Assembly: GCF_006345805.1 (NCBI RefSeq)
Contig: NC_043023.1
Coordinates: 19,096,001 to 19,160,000, forward strand
DNA length: 64,000 bases
Direction: 5' to 3'
DNA from: Octopus sinensis
Lineage: Eukaryota
Under the pieces are notes generated by a model, which saw only the letters and a list, made by a program, of their open reading frames with translations, had not been told where the DNA came from and did not search any database. The translations under genes and the position numbers were made by a program. Each line of letters begins with the position of its first letter. Within the stretch, counting starts at the first letter, position 1. Positions 60,219-64,000 of this stretch are shown piece after piece.

Positions 60219-60758
60219 TTCTTGAAATGTATCCGGTACATACACGGGTACCTAAACCGAAGTTACGCCCTTGAAATGTATCCGGTACTTAAACAGGTAC
60301 CTAAACCGAAGTTACGCCCTTGAAATGTATTCGGTACTTAAACAGGTACCTATACCGAAGTTACGCCCTTGAAATGTATCCGGTACATACACAGGTACCT
60401 ATACCGAAGTTACGCCCTTGAAATGTATTCGGTACTTAAACAGGTACCTATACTGAAGTTACGCCCTTGAAATGTATTCGGTACTTAAACAGGTACCTAT
60501 ACCGAAGTTACGCCCTTGAAATGTATTCGGTACATACACAGGTACCTATACCGAAGTTACGCCCTTGAAATGTATTCGGTACTTACACAGGTACCTATAC
60601 CGAAGTTACTCCCTTGAAATGTATCCGGTACATACACGGGTACCTATACCGAAGTTACGCCCTTGAAATGTATCCGGTACATACACGGGTACCTATACCG
60701 AAGTTACGCCCTTGAAATGTATTCGGTACATACACGGGTACCTATACCGAAGTTACGC
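60219..60758. repeat. 49-bp minisatellite, about 11 copies
   Basis: Unit CCCTTGAAATGTATTCGGTACTTAAACAGGTACCTATACCGAAGTTACG; starts at 60268, 60317 and onward. Confidence 0.95.
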
Positions 60759-60966
60759 CTTACTTTGGTTTAAGAAAATAATTTACTTTGGGTAAAAAAA
60801 TATTATTTATTTTGTGTTTTGTTTACTTTGCGGCGTAGTCCCTAAAAGTCTTTGTAAATGAGAGGGAACTATAACATAAAAAGATATAGGGTGTTTAAAC
60901 CAGAAATCCGTCTGGGCATTCTTTGATGAATTTTCTCGCAAATACCATCCGCAGTTTGTAAATTAC

Positions 60967-61343
60967 GGCGAGTTGGCAGAATCGTTAGCACGCTGGGCGA
61001 AAGTTCAAATTCCGCCGAGGTCGACTTTGCCTTTTATCCTTTCGGGGTCGATAAAATAAGTACCAGTTACGCACTGGGGTTGATATAATCGACTTAATAC
61101 CTATGTCTGTCCATGTTTGTCCCCTCTGTGTTTAGCCCTTTGTGGGTAGTAAAGAAATAGGTATTTCGTCTGTCTTCACGCTCTGAGTTCAAATTCCGCC
61201 GAGGTCGACTTTGTCTTTCATCCTTTCGTGGTCGATAAATTAAGTACCAGTTACGCACTGGGGTTGATATAATCGACTTAATCCATTTGTCTGTCCTTAT
61301 TTGTCCCCTCTGCGTTTAGCCCCTTGTGGGCAGTAAAGAAATA
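60967..61343 (+). mobile_element. SINE family B, two units
   Basis: Head GGCGAGTTGGCAGAATCGTTAGCACG plus two core-tail units. Confidence 0.85.
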
Positions 61344-61514
61344 TATATTGGAATTTGATTTGGAAAAAAAAAAAAACACTTCCTCCTTATTTCCTCACTC
61401 TGACAAATATTGAAATTTTTTCAATATTTTCTCCTCATTTATAGCAGAAATTCTTTTATGCTATTAAGAAAAATTGGCAATCTTTCGTCTCTAGTAGACC
61501 TTTCCGTCGATTTC

Positions 61515-61876
61515 CGTAAAAATTTTTTTTTTTTTACATATGGGCTTGCGGGAACTTTTGAAGTAATGAGAGCGAAAGAGACTAAGAGAAAGCGATTGTA
61601 TGACGAGGGAATTTCTTTTGAAGTTACCGTGCATGGCAAGCATTGATGTACACGTGTGTGTGTGTGTGTGGTGTGTGTGTGTTTGATGGGTGTGTGGGAG
61701 ACAGACAGTATGTTGTGTAAGTGAAGTGCTTCTGTTAGTGTGTGTGAAGAGACAGAGAGAGTAATGTGTGAAAGAGAGAGATAACTGAAATTTTTTACTC
61801 GGTGTATGTGTATATGTATGTATATTACTTCAAAAGTTCCCGCAAGCCCATATGTAAAAAAAAAAAATTTTTTACG
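61515..61876. mobile_element. MITE-like element with inverted termini of about 53 bp
   Basis: ...TACATATGGGCTTGCGGGAACTTTTGAAGTAAT at 61515-61567 and its reverse complement at 61824-61876. Confidence 0.75.
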
Positions 61877-61931
61877 AAAGATGCCGAAAAATTATTTTGA
61901 AAATTTGTAATATTTATCAACTTTAAAACTT

Positions 61932-62548
61932 AACGGTTATGGGATATGCTAGAAACAACAGCCAAATCTCCCTTAAATGGCACACCTTCTCGTCTGAAAA
62001 TATTTACTTTTTTTTTTATTGAAAAGTCTTCAATAGTTTTTAAGAGCTTAGTGCCCACAGAATCGACTAAAGATCCGTATATGCATCCACTAGCACAATG
62101 ACCCGGCAACGGTTATGGGATATGCTAGAAACAACAGCCAAATCTCCCTTCACACCTTCTCGTCTGAAAATATTTACTTTTTTTTTTATTGAAAAGTCTT
62201 CAATAGTTTTTAAGAGCTTAGTGCCCACAGAATCGACTAAAGATCCGTATATGCATCCACTAGCACAATGACCCGGCAACGGTTATGGGATATGCTAGAA
62301 ACAACAGCCAAATCTCCCTTAAATGGCACACCTTCTCGTCTGAAAATATTTACTTTTATTTTTATTGAAAAGTCTCCAATAGTTTTTAAGAGCTTAGTGT
62401 CCACACAATCGACTAAAGATCCGTATATGCATCCACTAGCACAATGACCCGGCAAGGGTTATGGGATATGCTAGAAACAACAGCCAAATCTCCCTTAAAT
62501 GGCATGCCTTCTCGTCTGAAAATATTTACTTTTTTTTTTTTATTGAAA
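61932..62548. repeat. 170-176-bp tandem repeat, about 3.5 copies
   Basis: Units start at 61932, 62108, 62278 and 62454. Confidence 0.93.
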
Positions 62549-62889
62549 ATATTTATTTGTTATATTTCGGAATGGTCATTTTGCCAGTTTAGCCAAAAAA
62601 AAACACACGCACAATATATTTGGTGTTACTTTGCTTCAGAGTTATTTATTTTTTACATTAATCTTAATCTTATTTCGGCGAGAGTTCTTTCGTCACACTC
62701 CTGTGACCGCATCAGTGGTCCTTTGTTTTCTTCTTTCTTATTTGTGTCTCTCCTTATTAACCGTCAGCCATTTCGTATTTCTATTGTATGTCTTCTTTTA
62801 CGCATTCTTATATCTCTATGTGCGTCTATGTTTATTTAGTGGTGGGGGGGTGGATGATGTAATATTTGTATCTTCTGTTTATATACGTT

Positions 62890-63032
62890 CTCTTTACTCT
62901 TTTACTTGTTTCAGTCATGTGACTGTTGCCATGCTGGAGCACCGCCTTTAGTCGAGCAAATCGACCCCAGGACTTATTCTTTGTGTGCCTAGTACTTATT
63001 CTATCGGTCCCTTTTGCCGAGCCGCTAAGTTA
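62890..63032 (-). mobile_element. SINE family A tail half
   Basis: Reverse complement of the tail module. Confidence 0.82.
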
Positions 63033-63114
63033 TGTAAATTTTTTTTTTTTTAATATTATTATTACTAGTATTGTTGTTATACATACATACAAGCATATGT
63101 AATGATATATTTCT

Positions 63115-63697
63115 TTATTGCCCACAAGGGGCTAAACATAAAGGGGACAGACATAGGTATTAAGTCGATTATATCGACCCGCAGTGCGTAACTGGTACTT
63201 AATTTATCGACCCCGAAAGGATGAAAGGCAAAGTCGACCTCGGCGTAATTTGAACTCAGAACGTAACGGCAGACGAAATACCTATTTCTTTATTACCCAC
63301 AAGGGGCTAAACACAGAGCGGACAAACAAGGACAGACATAGGTATTAAGTCGATTACATCGACCCCAGTGCGTAACTGGTACTTAATTTATCGACCCCGA
63401 AAGAATGAAAGGCAAAGTTGACCTCGGCGTAATTTGAACTCAGAACGTAACGGCAGACGAAATACCTATTTCTTTATTACCCACAAGGGGCTAAACACAG
63501 AGAGGACAAACAAGGACAGACATAGGTATTAAGTCGATTACCTCGACCCCAGTGCGTAACTGGTACTTAATTTATCGACCCCGAAAGGATGAAAGGCAAA
63601 GTCGACCCCGGCGGAATTTGAACTCAGAACGTAACGGCAGACGAAATACCGCTAAGCATTTCGCCCGGCGTGCTAACGTTTCTGCCAGCTCGCCGCC
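63115..63697 (-). mobile_element. SINE family B with one head and three core-tail units
   Basis: Head ends at 63697; units of about 177 bp. Confidence 0.88.
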
Positions 63698-63862
63698 TTA
63701 ATATATAATGATGATAAAAATAAGTGGATGTAAACACATGAACAAAATAAGAATAAACAAAAACAAATTACACGAAGGTAATATAAGGATGAAAATCACG
63801 GTAATGATTTTTATCAGGTAGTCAGCATGCTATAAAGATTTATAGGCAAATTATACAGTAAA

Positions 63863-64000
63863 TCTTTATATATAAAAGTCAAGTTGTGTGTCTGTCTCCT
63901 ACGATTTAGATTCCTAACTACTCCCACATTTTGCGGTGCAGTTTAACCAAAACCGGGTATCTTATAGTCGTGATTCATATCGAGCCCTTCTGGGTATTAG
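63863..64000 (+). mobile_element. Non-autonomous Helitron, cut by the window end
   Basis: A|TCTTTATATATAAAAG start; matches 40247. Confidence 0.85.

Noticed and set aside
62067-62455. Repeated 70-aa ORFs MPGHCASGCIYGSLVD...
   Set aside because: Products of the 176-bp tandem repeat, with no splice signals or recognisable homology.

Overview
Eukaryotic, AT-rich, repeat-dense DNA, probably from an octopus or other cephalopod (inferred from the tRNA-derived SINE families and the TA/CA microsatellite load; not verified). Most entries in the ORF track are spurious and come from SINEs, microsatellites or VNTRs. (1) A minus-strand, multi-exon gene that the ORF track mostly misses. I assembled it by hand from GT-AG phase-1 exons: signal-peptide exon 54122-54163, two near-identical 57-nt mini-exons (52040-52096, 50841-50897), Ig-like domain exon A 48173-48417 (one base short of frame), a 39-nt mini-exon 45883-45921, Ig-like domain exon B 43607-43855 and a TM/cytoplasmic terminal exon 39344-39543. 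A second TM exon copy (36276-36876) is disrupted by a SINE. The predicted product is a type-I membrane glycoprotein of about 280-300 aa with two atypical Ig-like domains; the start-codon exon was not found. (2) A diverged tandem segmental duplication (1-13580 vs about 17833-35715) whose copies give reciprocal empty and filled TE sites. These include a 6.3-kb Helitron (18453-24761) carrying a near-full-length Tx1/L1 retrotransposon. (3) Two LINE/SINE pairs with shared 3' ends, CR1 and RTE fragments, an internally deleted mariner, Helitron, hAT and Merlin-like non-autonomous elements, TE-seeded tandem repeats and a hammerhead-like motif. No rRNA, bona fide tRNA genes or CRISPR arrays were seen. 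TE boundaries are read by eye and approximate unless TIR, TSD or empty-site evidence is cited.
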